Shown here: positions 18,046 through 27,327 of the stretch, piece by piece
How positions within the stretch are numbered: position 1 is the stretch's first letter
Layout: every line of letters starts with the position of its first letter
Source of the DNA: Armatimonadota bacterium
GTDB lineage: Bacteria; Armatimonadota; SYMT01
Length of the DNA stretch: 64,000 bases
Reading direction: 5' to 3'
NCBI GenBank assembly: GCA_046292385.1
Contig: JBKBRF010000003.1
Location: forward strand, 74,845-138,844
Program-made: the position numbers and the translations under genes
The notes under the pieces: generated by a model
The model's database searches: none
The model's input: the letters and a program-made list of their open reading frames with translations, nothing else
Told to the model about the DNA's origin: nothing

Positions 18046-19320
18046 GTGATTGCACGTGACACCACCGTACGCGAAGGGAAGCGTGCTGCACGACGCCTGG
18101 GACTGGTAGTGCTGATCGGAGCCGCCCTGATTGGTGGGGCAATCGTGCTGCGCAGCCAGGCTCCACGTACGGTTGTCCCTCCAGCGCTGGCGTCGGTGGC
18201 CGTGACAGCACCCGCCTCGCCGAACGACGAGCTGGCGCTGCTGGAGTACCGCGCGATGGTGGCGCCGAAGAATGCCGGCGTGGCGCTCGCGCTCGGTCAG
18301 GAGTACGCGGAGCTGAACCGCCTGCCGGAGGCGCTCGCGCAGTTCCAGCGCGCTTCGCGGGTCGCCCCGGGCTTGCTCCCCGCCCGCGTGGGACAGGGGC
18401 AGGTCTGGCTGCGGCTTCAGCGCCCGGGCCGTGCCGTCGAGCACTTCGAGTGGGCCGTGCGGCGCCTCCCCGAGCATGCCGAGCTCCGTCTGGAGCTGGG
18501 GGCCGCCTATCTTTCCCTGCGGGACGCGAACAGCGGACTGCGCCACCTGCGAGAGGCGGTAAAGCTCACCCCCGAGAGTCCGGAGGCCTACCGGGCGCTG
18601 GCGAGCGGATACCTGGCAATCTTTAGCTACGAGCGGGCTACGGAAGCGGCGCAGCGAGCGGTGGAGCTGGAGCCGGAGGTGGTGGAGAACTGGTCGGTGC
18701 TCGGGAGCGTGCACCTGAACAACGACCGGTTCCCCGAGGCGGAGCAAGCGCTGCGGCGGGCGCTGCAGCTCAAACCGGAAGACCCGACCGCCAACGTGCT
18801 CCTGGCGCGTACTCTGGCCGGGGCCGACCCCACCCCCGCCTCCGATCGCGAAATCCAGGCCCTGCTGGCGCGGGCGCTCACGACCGATCCGTTCCACGCC
18901 GAGGCGCTGCAGCTCCTCGGGCGCCACTACCTCGAGCAGGATCAGCTCGATCTCGCGGCGGCGACCCTGCGACGCGCGCGCGAGCGCTATCCGGAGGTCC
19001 CGCAGGTCACACTGCTGCTCGGACAGGCACTCGTGCGCCGTGGGGATGCCGAGGAAGGCCGGCGGCTGATCGCGGCCGCACAGGCGCAGATCGACCAGAC
19101 CGTCGACTTCCGCGGGCTCGAGTTCCAGGCGGCGCGCAACCCGAATCCGAACGTACAGATGCGGCTCGCCCGCATGTACATGCAGCAGCGCTACTACGAC
19201 AGCGCCGTCCACCTGCTGCGCAAGGCGCTCCGCCAGACGCCCGACGATCCGGCCCTCAAGCAGACGTACCAGGAAGCCCTGGCCGGAGCTACTCAAGGCG
19301 AATCGGGGGTGAAGCCATGA
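18046..19320 (+). CDS. Tetratricopeptide repeat protein, N-terminally anchored
   Basis: Repeated A...LG..Y......EA...R.A..L.P pattern; AGGAG upstream of the GTG start. Confidence 0.85.
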   Translation: MIARDTTVREGKRAARRLGLVVLIGAALIGGAIVLRSQAPRTVVPPALASVAVTAPASPNDELALLEYRAMVAPKNAGVALALGQEYAELNRLPEALAQFQRASRVAPGLLPARVGQGQVWLRLQRPGRAVEHFEWAVRRLPEHAELRLELGAAYLSLRDANSGLRHLREAVKLTPESPEAYRALASGYLAIFSYERATEAAQRAVELEPEVVENWSVLGSVHLNNDRFPEAEQALRRALQLKPEDPTANVLLARTLAGADPTPASDREIQALLARALTTDPFHAEALQLLGRHYLEQDQLDLAAATLRRARERYPEVPQVTLLLGQALVRRGDAEEGRRLIAAAQAQIDQTVDFRGLEFQAARNPNPNVQMRLARMYMQQRYYDSAVHLLRKALRQTPDDPALKQTYQEALAGATQGESGVKP

Positions 19321-21047
19321 TCTATCGGCCGCTCGTGCCGGCACTCCTCGTGCTTTCCGGACTGCTGTTCACCCAGCCTGGCTGCCGACCGGCGTCGACG
19401 GCTCAGGCCAAGCCCGCTGCGGACGACCGCGCTCCCGCCTTTCAGGACGTCACGGCGCAGGCGGGGATTGCGTTCCGGCACGATAACGGCGGCTTCGGAA
19501 AGAAGCTCTTCCCGGAGATCATGGGCTCCGGCGGAGCGTTCCTGGACGCGGATCAGGACGGCTGGCTGGATCTCTACCTGGTGAACTCTGAGACCCTGCC
19601 CGGCGCCTCGTCTCCCCGGCGACCCGTCAGCCGGTTCTACCGGAACCGCAGAGATGGAACCTTCGAGGACCAGACGGAGCGAAGCGGCCTGGGGCGCGTG
19701 GGATACGGGATGGGCGCCGCAGTCGGCGATGTCAACAACGACGGATACCCCGATCTCTACGTGACCGCCCTCGGTCCGGACCGGCTCTTCCTCAACCGCG
19801 GCGACGGCACCTTCGAAGAAATCTCGAAGAAAGCCGGACTCGGCGATCCGAGATTCGGCTCCAGTGCCACATTCCTGGACTACGACCGGGACGGAGACCA
19901 GGATCTCTACGTCTGCAACTACGTGCAGCTTCCGGACCCGATCGAGAAGATCGCCTGCCGCAATCCGGCCGGCGGGCTGCAGTACTGCGACGTCCACCTC
20001 TACGGAGGAGACCGGGACCGGCTGTACCGGAACAATGGGGACCTGACCTTTACCGACGTGAGCGGACCCTCCGGCATCACGCGGCGCTCCTACCGCGGCC
20101 TTGCGGTACTGACCAGCGATTATGACCGGGACGGATGGGTCGACATCTTCGTCGCGAACGATGAGAATCCGTTGCTTCTCTGGCGGAACAACGGGGATGG
20201 GACGTTCACCGATGTGGCCGGCGAGAGCGGTGTAGCGTACGACGGCACAGGCCGAGTGGTTGCGGGAATGGGACTTGACATGGCCGACCTGAATCGGGAC
20301 GGCCATCCGGAGCTGTACGAGACCGGATTCCAGGGTGAGCCAAATATCCTGTTTCAGATGGAGAGCGACGGTTGGTTTGTCGACCGCACCCAGAAGTGGG
20401 GTCTCGGCTCGGCCACCATGAGTCGGCTCGGCTTCGGCCTGGGGTTTCTCGATTTCGATCAAGACGGCTGGCGGGACCTGGTGATTGCCAACGGTCACGT
20501 CATCGATGACGTGCAGCAGTTTCAGCCGAGCGTGAGTTACGCGCAGACGGCCCAGCTCTTCCGGAATACGGGGGCTGGATTTCAGGATGTCTCTCCCCGT
20601 CTCGGCGACTATGCTGCACAGCAGCGCGTCGGGCGAGGGGCTATTCTGGGCGACTACGATAACGACGGAGATGTCGACGTACTCTTTACCAACAACAACC
20701 AGGCACCCGCGCTCCTGCGAAACCTGATCAGCGAAGAACAGGGGCCCAATCACTGGATCTCGATCCGCTGCGAAGGTACCACTTCTGCGCGAGATGCATA
20801 CGGATCGGTAGTGGAGTTAGCAGCCGGAGGCGTGAGCCAAAAGCTGGAGGTTCGTGCTTCCGCAGGTTATCTGGGGAGCAACGATCCCCGTGTGAATTTC
20901 GGGCTTGGAAGGTCCGATCGTGTAGATCGAATTCTTGTCACCTGGCCGGATGGAAAATCAGAGGAGTTCGGCGGTACTAGCGCAAACCAGCATGTAATGC
21001 TGCGGCAGGGCTCCGGCCGGATCGTGCCGGACCGGAGAGACCGGTAA
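19317..21047 (+). CDS. CRTAC1 family protein (FG-GAP + ASPIC/UnbV), second paralog
   Basis: DxDxDG repeats, MGSGGAFLD and GYLGSNDPRVNFGLG. Confidence 0.9.
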   Translation: MIYRPLVPALLVLSGLLFTQPGCRPASTAQAKPAADDRAPAFQDVTAQAGIAFRHDNGGFGKKLFPEIMGSGGAFLDADQDGWLDLYLVNSETLPGASSPRRPVSRFYRNRRDGTFEDQTERSGLGRVGYGMGAAVGDVNNDGYPDLYVTALGPDRLFLNRGDGTFEEISKKAGLGDPRFGSSATFLDYDRDGDQDLYVCNYVQLPDPIEKIACRNPAGGLQYCDVHLYGGDRDRLYRNNGDLTFTDVSGPSGITRRSYRGLAVLTSDYDRDGWVDIFVANDENPLLLWRNNGDGTFTDVAGESGVAYDGTGRVVAGMGLDMADLNRDGHPELYETGFQGEPNILFQMESDGWFVDRTQKWGLGSATMSRLGFGLGFLDFDQDGWRDLVIANGHVIDDVQQFQPSVSYAQTAQLFRNTGAGFQDVSPRLGDYAAQQRVGRGAILGDYDNDGDVDVLFTNNNQAPALLRNLISEEQGPNHWISIRCEGTTSARDAYGSVVELAAGGVSQKLEVRASAGYLGSNDPRVNFGLGRSDRVDRILVTWPDGKSEEFGGTSANQHVMLRQGSGRIVPDRRDR

Positions 21048-21074
21048 TCCTACGAGTTACAGAGGAGTCTTCAG

Positions 21075-21338
21075 ATGAGCGTGCTTCCTCAGCGACTGTG
21101 GATGGTGATCGGGGCCGGAGTTCTCGTCTGCCTCATTGCGGGATGCGCCGGCTCCGCGAATGGAGCCTCCGGCAAGGATGCCGTAGAGGTCATGCCCGCG
21201 GAGAACCGGCAGCAGTACGAAGACCAGATGCGGCAGCGCATGCAGCCGGGCGGCGGAGCGCCGCCGGGAATGCAGCCCGGCGGGACGGCGCCCGGCGGGA
21301 TGCAGCCAGGGGGAGTTCCGCCGCCCGGACCGCGGTAA
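21075..21338 (+). CDS. Small putative lipoprotein with Pro/Gly-rich (MQPGG) tail
   Basis: GAGGAG RBS, lipobox-like LIAG|C, MQPGG x3. Confidence 0.7.
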   Translation: MSVLPQRLWMVIGAGVLVCLIAGCAGSANGASGKDAVEVMPAENRQQYEDQMRQRMQPGGGAPPGMQPGGTAPGGMQPGGVPPPGPR

Positions 21339-21364
21339 GGCGGCCCTCCAGAGAGACTCAGCAG

Positions 21365-21394
21365 CGGGCACCGGGGAGCGCTCCCCGGTGCCCG
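21365..21394. terminator. Perfect 30-bp palindrome between convergent genes
   Basis: CGGGCACCGGGGAGCGCTCCCCGGTGCCCG. Confidence 0.6.
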
Positions 21395-21457
21395 TTGACG
21401 CTTTCCGGCCAGCCGGAACCGAAACTTGGAGCGTTCGGCTCGTGAACGGGTGCCGCG

Positions 21458-22630
21458 CTAAAGCAGCGTACTCGCAATCTCGAATTCCGCACGGGCTTCG
21501 TCGGCCCGTCCCTGCTTCAGATAAAGAGAAGCTCGAAGGCGGCGGATCTCGCGGTTGTCCGGATGCCGGCGAGCCGCCCGCTCGACCAGACGCTCGGCAT
21601 CGGTAAGCCGGCCTTTTTCTAGTGCCTCCCGCGCCACCTTGTAGGCCAGATCCACGTCGTCCGGCCGGGCCTGGGCGCGGGCTTTGAGCGCCCCAAACCG
21701 CCGCGCTGCTTCTCGCTCCGCCTGAGCCCGGCGAAGGTAGGTGCTCGCTTCGCGAGGGTTGCCGCTGCGCCGCTCCAGCTGCGCGAGGCCGTAGAGGGCC
21801 TCTTCCTGACCGGGCTGCAGCTCCAGCGCTCGCATGAAGTGCTGCCGTGCCTGCCGGTGGTCCCCGCGGCGCACCGCCAGCTCCGCCAGCCGTTTGTGGG
21901 CACTCGCCGCACCGGGATTGTTGGGGATGGCGAGCTGATAGTGCTTCTCCGCCAGATCCGCGGCGCCGGGGAGCTGGGGCCGGGCGAAGTAACTCTCGGC
22001 GAGCTGAAGGTGCAGGCCCGGGTTGTGCGGGTCGTGCTCCAGCCCTTCCTTCAGGAGCTGCTCCGCTTCTTCGAGCTTCTGCAGTTTGAGCAGGATATAG
22101 CCCGCCTTCAGGTACGCCAGCGAGAACCCGGGCGTCTGCCGCAGCGCCGCGCGGAAACACTCCAGCGATCCGGCGAGATTATCATCCCGCAGCAGCAGCT
22201 CGCCTCGCACCGCCAGCGCATAGGTGTCGGCCGGAGCAGTTTTCAGTGCCTGGGCGACTGCCCAGTAGGCCTCCTCCGTCCTCCGGGAGTCGAGATAGGC
22301 CTGGGCCAGCCGGGTGTAGTCTTCCGGGCGGGAAGATCCCTGCGCGATCGCCGTCTCCAGCGCCTGCACCGCCTGCGGAAGCCTGCGCTGCAGGAGGTAG
22401 AGGTTACCAAGCTGCGCGTACGCCGCTGCATACGCGGGGTTCTCCGCGATGCAGCGGCGCAGCTCCGACTCGGCCGTGCGCAGGTCTCCCGCTTCCAGGC
22501 TAGTGGTGCCGGCCAGATAGGACGCCGGTGTCGGCGGCGCACTGCCTCTTCGGAGCAGCCACCACCCACCGGCAGCGCCTCCCCCGATGACGAGCGCGGT
22601 GAGGAGCGCGAGCAGAACGCGGTAGTTCAT
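21458..22630 (-). CDS. Tetratricopeptide repeat protein
   Basis: N-terminal TM segment followed by TPR repeats. Confidence 0.85.
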   Translation of the reverse strand: MNYRVLLALLTALVIGGGAAGGWWLLRRGSAPPTPASYLAGTTSLEAGDLRTAESELRRCIAENPAYAAAYAQLGNLYLLQRRLPQAVQALETAIAQGSSRPEDYTRLAQAYLDSRRTEEAYWAVAQALKTAPADTYALAVRGELLLRDDNLAGSLECFRAALRQTPGFSLAYLKAGYILLKLQKLEEAEQLLKEGLEHDPHNPGLHLQLAESYFARPQLPGAADLAEKHYQLAIPNNPGAASAHKRLAELAVRRGDHRQARQHFMRALELQPGQEEALYGLAQLERRSGNPREASTYLRRAQAEREAARRFGALKARAQARPDDVDLAYKVAREALEKGRLTDAERLVERAARRHPDNREIRRLRASLYLKQGRADEARAEFEIASTLL

Positions 22631-22693
22631 GCTGCTTCCAGTGGAGAGTACTGCCGAAGCAGTACCCTCCCGGTGTGTCACGCTACGCGGTTA

Positions 22694-23500
22694 CTAGTGC
22701 CCCTTCAGCGGGCAGGTGTTCTTGTTCACCGTCACCCCCTGGTCATCCACGTAGGTGGCGGACCAGCCCGCGTCCCAGCAGCCGCGGTTGTCCAGGTCCC
22801 CACCGCTCCACTGTCGCCGCTGGCACGGGAAGACCTGGGCGCAGCGCAGGGTCTTTACGTGACCATCGGAATAGAGCATGTTGACCTGGTTCATGTGGCG
22901 GCTCTCGAACCCGGAGTGCCAGGGCACCGTGGCGCCGTCCTTGTTCCACGTGAAGTACTGCGTGTGCGTTTCTTCCACGTAGTAGTAGTTCGCGTCGAAC
23001 GCCACGAACATGTCGGCCGGGTTCGCGATGCTAGCGATGTTGATGCCTCGCACGTATCCGGCGTTGGCGTTGTAGCCGTAGGACCCGCGCATCCACCGGA
23101 CCCCGAGGCGCGGGTTGGTAGGCGTGCCAGGGTCCGCATCTTGGGGCAGGTCGTGGTCGTCCCAGTTGAGCCAGGGTGTGGGGTCGGACGGACAGACCAT
23201 CACGCCCAGGTTCTTGACGTAGGGCTGGATCCGATAGAAGGCAATGGCCCGCCAGCCGCTCCCCTTTCCTTCGGTGGTCCACGCGTTCATCGGCGTGGTC
23301 TCGTCGTAGTCCTGGATGTACATCATCCAGCCGCTGCCGATCTGCTTCAGGTTACTCTGGCACGAAGCCTTCCGTGCCGATTCCCGTGCCTGCGCGAACA
23401 CGGGGAAGAGGATGGCTGCAAGTATCGCGATAATCGCGATGACTACCAGCAGCTCGATCAGCGTGAATGCCTTGGACAGGTTCCTAAGACGCATCCGCAT
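22694..23500 (-). CDS. Prepilin-type N-terminal methylation / DUF1559 / H-X9-DG protein
   Basis: [31 protein letters not shown]...C.SNLKQ and [16 protein letters not shown]. Confidence 0.92.
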   Translation of the reverse strand: MRMRLRNLSKAFTLIELLVVIAIIAILAAILFPVFAQARESARKASCQSNLKQIGSGWMMYIQDYDETTPMNAWTTEGKGSGWRAIAFYRIQPYVKNLGVMVCPSDPTPWLNWDDHDLPQDADPGTPTNPRLGVRWMRGSYGYNANAGYVRGINIASIANPADMFVAFDANYYYVEETHTQYFTWNKDGATVPWHSGFESRHMNQVNMLYSDGHVKTLRCAQVFPCQRRQWSGGDLDNRGCWDAGWSATYVDDQGVTVNKNTCPLKGH

Positions 23501-23631
23501 CCTCCTGTTGTCCTAGAAAGGCCGCAGCACAGTACCTCGCGACCTTTCTGTGTCAACTCAGTTCCAGAGGATGGAGCGTTCACCTTCTCGGGAAAGGCAG
23601 CCCCGGCAGATTTTTTTCTAAATTTCTGGAA

Positions 23632-24858
23632 CTAGCGGAGGGTACGGGTCGTATAAGCCCTCTCCAGGTCGTTGTGTGAGCCTCGGGTGGGGACCCGGAT
23701 CCAGTGATCGGTGAAGGTGATGTGCAGCATGCTGCTGGAGTCCCGCGGCATGTGGCAGGAGACGCAGGCCTCCTTCGGGTTCACGGGACACGGCTTGCCG
23801 GTACTGCCTCGGGGCTTGGACGCGGGGGCGGTGGGGGTGTGGCAGCTCAGGCAGCGGCTCACGTAGTAGGCCTCGTCCTCGCGGGCATTCGAGTGCGGAT
23901 CGTGACAGGAGAGGCAGGAGAGGCGGCCTGCGCTCTGTTTGAAGCACTCGCTCCTGGCGAGCCCGAGCGGCTGGAACCGCGCCATCCCCTCGTGGCCCGG
24001 GCCCACGTCCGGAGCAGTGTGGCATTCGCCGCAGAGCTCGTTGATCTGCACCGCGGAGCGCTTTTCCGGGCGCGCAGGCACCGCGCCCGCCCGGAAAAGC
24101 CTTACGTGCTCCTGACGCGGACCGTGGCACCGCTCGCAGCGGATGCCCAACTCGCTCCGGGCGAGGTCGAGCCGCACCTGGCTGGAGGGGGTGCCCGCCT
24201 GCTCCACTCCCGTCGCGCGCAGCACCGTGGTGTGGCAGGAAAAGCAGAGTGCGGTGTCGGCCGGGCCAAGCGGACGGCCCAGGGGCTGCTCCAGGAGGGT
24301 CGGCAGCGGCTTCTCCTGGCCGGAGGTGAAGTCCCAGCGCCCGATCTTGCGGTAGTAGTTCAGGCGCGCGTCCAGATACTCGTGGTCGCCGGTCTTTCCC
24401 AGGTATGCGAAGGCGCGGCGGCCGGAGCCGAACTCAAAATCGAGCGGCTGCCGGGCCTCTGCGCCCGCCCGCTGCACCGAGATGGCGCAGCGGCTGCCGT
24501 CGCGCACCATCTCATAACGGGCCCCGGTGTCGGGATCGACCACCCCTTGCCCATTGCCGACCGGCGAGCGCGGCTCGGTCGCTTTCAGGGAGCGCAGCGT
24601 CAGCGCGTGGGCGCTCTCCGCCTGGCGATCGTAGATCTCCTGATGACATTCACGGCACGACTCGCTTCCCGCAAAGCGACCATGGACCGGTTCCCATCCG
24701 GTAGCGGCACGTCGCACCGCAGGCGGGGGAGGGCTCCACTCGACGAACCGGTACGCGGCAGCGAGGAGCGCCAGCAGCAGCACGATAGCGACGGCGGTGA
24801 GGTACGAAGCCCGGACCCGGGGAGTGCGACGAACGGCGGCGCTCTGGTGGGTGCTCAT
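23632..24858 (-). CDS. Multiheme c-type cytochrome (7 CxxCH)
   Basis: CRECH, CFSCH, CERCH, CGECH, CLSCH x2 and CVSCH; N-terminal TM; FTDHWI tail. Confidence 0.88.
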   Translation of the reverse strand: MSTHQSAAVRRTPRVRASYLTAVAIVLLLALLAAAYRFVEWSPPPPAVRRAATGWEPVHGRFAGSESCRECHQEIYDRQAESAHALTLRSLKATEPRSPVGNGQGVVDPDTGARYEMVRDGSRCAISVQRAGAEARQPLDFEFGSGRRAFAYLGKTGDHEYLDARLNYYRKIGRWDFTSGQEKPLPTLLEQPLGRPLGPADTALCFSCHTTVLRATGVEQAGTPSSQVRLDLARSELGIRCERCHGPRQEHVRLFRAGAVPARPEKRSAVQINELCGECHTAPDVGPGHEGMARFQPLGLARSECFKQSAGRLSCLSCHDPHSNAREDEAYYVSRCLSCHTPTAPASKPRGSTGKPCPVNPKEACVSCHMPRDSSSMLHITFTDHWIRVPTRGSHNDLERAYTTRTLR

Positions 24859-24980
24859 GGGGTACTGCCGGGTCGACGAGTGACTACCGCATCTGGGTTC
24901 CCGTTATCTAGTGTTCAGTCTGGCTCCTTCTTTCAATCTGCGAGCGCGAGGGCCGGCCCCGGGTGCGGAAGCCGGCCGGG

Positions 24981-25664
24981 TTAGGGCTTCAGCTCTCGCA
25001 GCTTAAGGTCGCGATAGGCGGCGGAGGTGCGGAAGGTGGCGATGCCGAGCGGTTTCGAGAGGCTGATGCTGCCCGGCCGCAGGCTGATCTTCCGGCCCTG
25101 GATGTCCTGGTCCACGATCTTCTCGTCGTCCAGCCAGGTCTCCAGCCGGGTCGGCGTCACCCGCATCCGGACCCGGTACCACCGGTCCTTCACCAGGTCC
25201 AGGTAGCGGGTGGTGGCGTTCTGGGACGCGTCGGAGTTGTCGATGCTGGAGATTCCGCTCACCGGACCGCCCCAGCCGCCGACGATCAGGGTGGCGTGCG
25301 AGTCGGCCACGGGGAAGGTGAGGCCGAGCATGAAGTCTTCGCCCTCGATCTTCAGCACCTCGAGCGAGATCTCGTAGCTCGTCTTCGGCATCTCTCCTGT
25401 CCAGTTGAAGCCGCTCAGCGTCTCCCCGGCGCCGACCACGATCGCCCCCGGGCCGCCGCGGAACGACTTCTCCACCCGCACCTCGCCGCCGCCGGCGAAC
25501 TCGGTCCGCTTCCAGCCGGCGAGCGACTTGCCGTCGAACAACGGCTTCCAGGCGGGCTCTTCCTTCTTCTCCTTCTCCTCCTGCGCCCAGGCGGCGGCCT
25601 GGGAGGCGAGCGGGAGACCGGCGAGAGCGACCAGCACGGCGCGGCGGGTGAACGGGGTCGACAT
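24981..25664 (-). CDS. DUF1080 (3-keto-disaccharide hydrolase-like) protein, Tat-like signal
   Basis: TRRAVL signal, WKPLFDGKSLAGW; AAGGA RBS. Confidence 0.8.
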   Translation of the reverse strand: MSTPFTRRAVLVALAGLPLASQAAAWAQEEKEKKEEPAWKPLFDGKSLAGWKRTEFAGGGEVRVEKSFRGGPGAIVVGAGETLSGFNWTGEMPKTSYEISLEVLKIEGEDFMLGLTFPVADSHATLIVGGWGGPVSGISSIDNSDASQNATTRYLDLVKDRWYRVRMRVTPTRLETWLDDEKIVDQDIQGRKISLRPGSISLSKPLGIATFRTSAAYRDLKLRELKP

Positions 25665-25771
25665 GGCACTGACTTCCTTTCGCAGCGCGAGCCGGGCGGG
25701 CTCGGCGCCTCGACTCTGCAGTTGTCCACGCCGGAGCCGGAACTCCTGCTCCCGGGCGTGTTGAAGTTGCT

Positions 25772-25800
25772 TTGACGATCCCGCCGGGGCGGGGTAGCTT
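25772..25800 (+). promoter_or_regulatory. Sigma70-type promoter for the peptide operon
   Basis: TTGACG-N17-TAGCTT, 48 nt upstream of the ATG at 25849. Confidence 0.55.
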
Positions 25801-25848
25801 ACCAGTGGCCGGCGCGCGGCGTGCGGCGCGGCCGAAGGAGAACCACGG

Positions 25849-26043
25849 ATGGCGCATACCCTGACCGACGAAGACATTCTCGTGACCCGTCTCCAGACCC
25901 CTCGCGTCCCCGGCGCCCAGCCGTATGCGGCGTTCGACGCGGACGGCACCGACGCGGACGGCACCGATGCGGACGGCACCGACGCGGACGGCACGGACGG
26001 CTCCGGCGATGCGGACACCACCGACAGCAAGGGCGACCAGTAA
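25849..26043 (+). CDS. Asp-rich repeat peptide, putative RiPP precursor (DADGT x4)
   Basis: GAAGGAG RBS; 64 aa; 15-bp tandem repeats at 25936-25995 vary only at synonymous positions; lies directly upstream of a JmjC gene. Confidence 0.8.
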   Translation: MAHTLTDEDILVTRLQTPRVPGAQPYAAFDADGTDADGTDADGTDADGTDGSGDADTTDSKGDQ

Positions 26044-26066
26044 CCTTCCCTCGTCCACCGTCCCTA

Positions 26067-26102
26067 CAAGCCGCGACAGCCCCGGGAGGCTCTCGCGGCT
26101 TG
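26067..26102 (+). terminator. Stem-loop between peptide gene and JmjC gene (partial terminator or mRNA stabiliser)
   Basis: CAAGCCGCGA...TCGCGGCTTG followed by CTGTTTCTTTC. Confidence 0.6.
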
Positions 26103-26121
26103 CTGTTTCTTTCACGCTGCC

Positions 26122-27327
26122 ATGAGCTATCCGGACGCCTTCACGCTGGAGCGACTCCTCGCGCCGGTGACCCCCGCCGTCTTCCTGGCGGAGTACTGGG
26201 AGCAGCGCCCCCTGGTGCTGCCGCGCGCGGACCGCGGCTACTACCGGGAGCTGCTCTCCGCGGCCGACGTGGACCGCCTGGTCACCACCTCCGACCTGAC
26301 CTATCCGGAGTTCCGGCTGGTGCGGGACGGCGCGCCGCTGCCGCTCTCCGAGTACACGAAGACCGCGCACGCCTCCGGCGGCGTCACCCGGCGCGTGGCC
26401 GATCCGGACCGGATCGTGGAGCAGTACGGGCAGGGCGCCACGGTGATCCTGCAGGGGCTGCACCGGAGCTGGACGCCGCTCGCCGCTCTCTGCCGCAGCC
26501 TGGAGACAGTGCTCTCTCACCCGGCGCAGACCAACATCTACGTCACGCCGCCCGGGTCGCAGGGCTTCGCGCCGCACTACGACACGCACGACGTCTTCAT
26601 CCTCCAGATCGACGGCTCCAAGCACTGGCGCCTCTACGACTCGCCGGTGCCGCTCCCGGACCGCTCCCAGCCCTACAAGGAGGAAGGCTCTCCGGAGGGC
26701 CGGCTGCTGCACGAGCTGGACCTCGGCCCCGGCGACCTCCTCTACCTGCCGCGCGGCTTCATCCACGAGGCGCTCACCTCGCAGGAGCGGTCGATCCACG
26801 TCACGCTCGGCATCACCGGCTTCACCTGGCTCGACCTGCTGGCGGGGGCGGCCGCGGCCTGCCGCGACGACGTCCGCTTCCGCCGTACTCTGCCGCCCGG
26901 CTTCGCGCAGAGCGAGGAGCTGCGCGCGGAGATGGCCGCGGAGCTGGTGGTGCTGGCGGAGGCGCTGCGGAACCCGGAGACGGCCCGGCGAGCGGTGGAG
27001 GCGGTGACCGACCGCTTCATCCACACCCGCCGGCCGGTGGGCGGCGACCGGCTCTTCGTCGCGGAGAGCCTGGCGGAGCTCGACCTCCGGACGCGGGTCT
27101 GCCGCCGCCCGGAGGTGCTCTTCCGCCTCTGCTGGGAGGGCGAGCGAGTGCGGCTGGCGTTCCATGGGAAGCAGGTGGAGCTGCCGGCCTACGCCGCCGC
27201 CTCCCTCGCCTTCTGCACCCGTGCCGAGCCGTTCACCGCCGCCGAGCTTCCGCCGGAGCTGGATGAGCCGGGGCGGCTGGTCCTGCTCCGGCGGCTGCTG
27301 CGGGAAGGCTTTCTCCGCCATGCCTAG
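26122..27327 (+). CDS. JmjC/Cupin_4 2-oxoglutarate-Fe(II) oxygenase with C-terminal winged-helix-like domain
   Basis: FLAEYWEQRPL, FAPHYDTHDVFILQIDGSKHW (HxD), LYLPRGFIH (distal His) and LLRRLLREGFL. Confidence 0.9.
   Translation: MSYPDAFTLERLLAPVTPAVFLAEYWEQRPLVLPRADRGYYRELLSAADVDRLVTTSDLTYPEFRLVRDGAPLPLSEYTKTAHASGGVTRRVADPDRIVEQYGQGATVILQGLHRSWTPLAALCRSLETVLSHPAQTNIYVTPPGSQGFAPHYDTHDVFILQIDGSKHWRLYDSPVPLPDRSQPYKEEGSPEGRLLHELDLGPGDLLYLPRGFIHEALTSQERSIHVTLGITGFTWLDLLAGAAAACRDDVRFRRTLPPGFAQSEELRAEMAAELVVLAEALRNPETARRAVEAVTDRFIHTRRPVGGDRLFVAESLAELDLRTRVCRRPEVLFRLCWEGERVRLAFHGKQVELPAYAAASLAFCTRAEPFTAAELPPELDEPGRLVLLRRLLREGFLRHA

Noticed and set aside
25936..25995. CRISPR interpretation of short direct repeats here and at 4841-5155
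   Set aside because: The units are 7-15 bp, contiguous and have no spacers; no cas genes are present.
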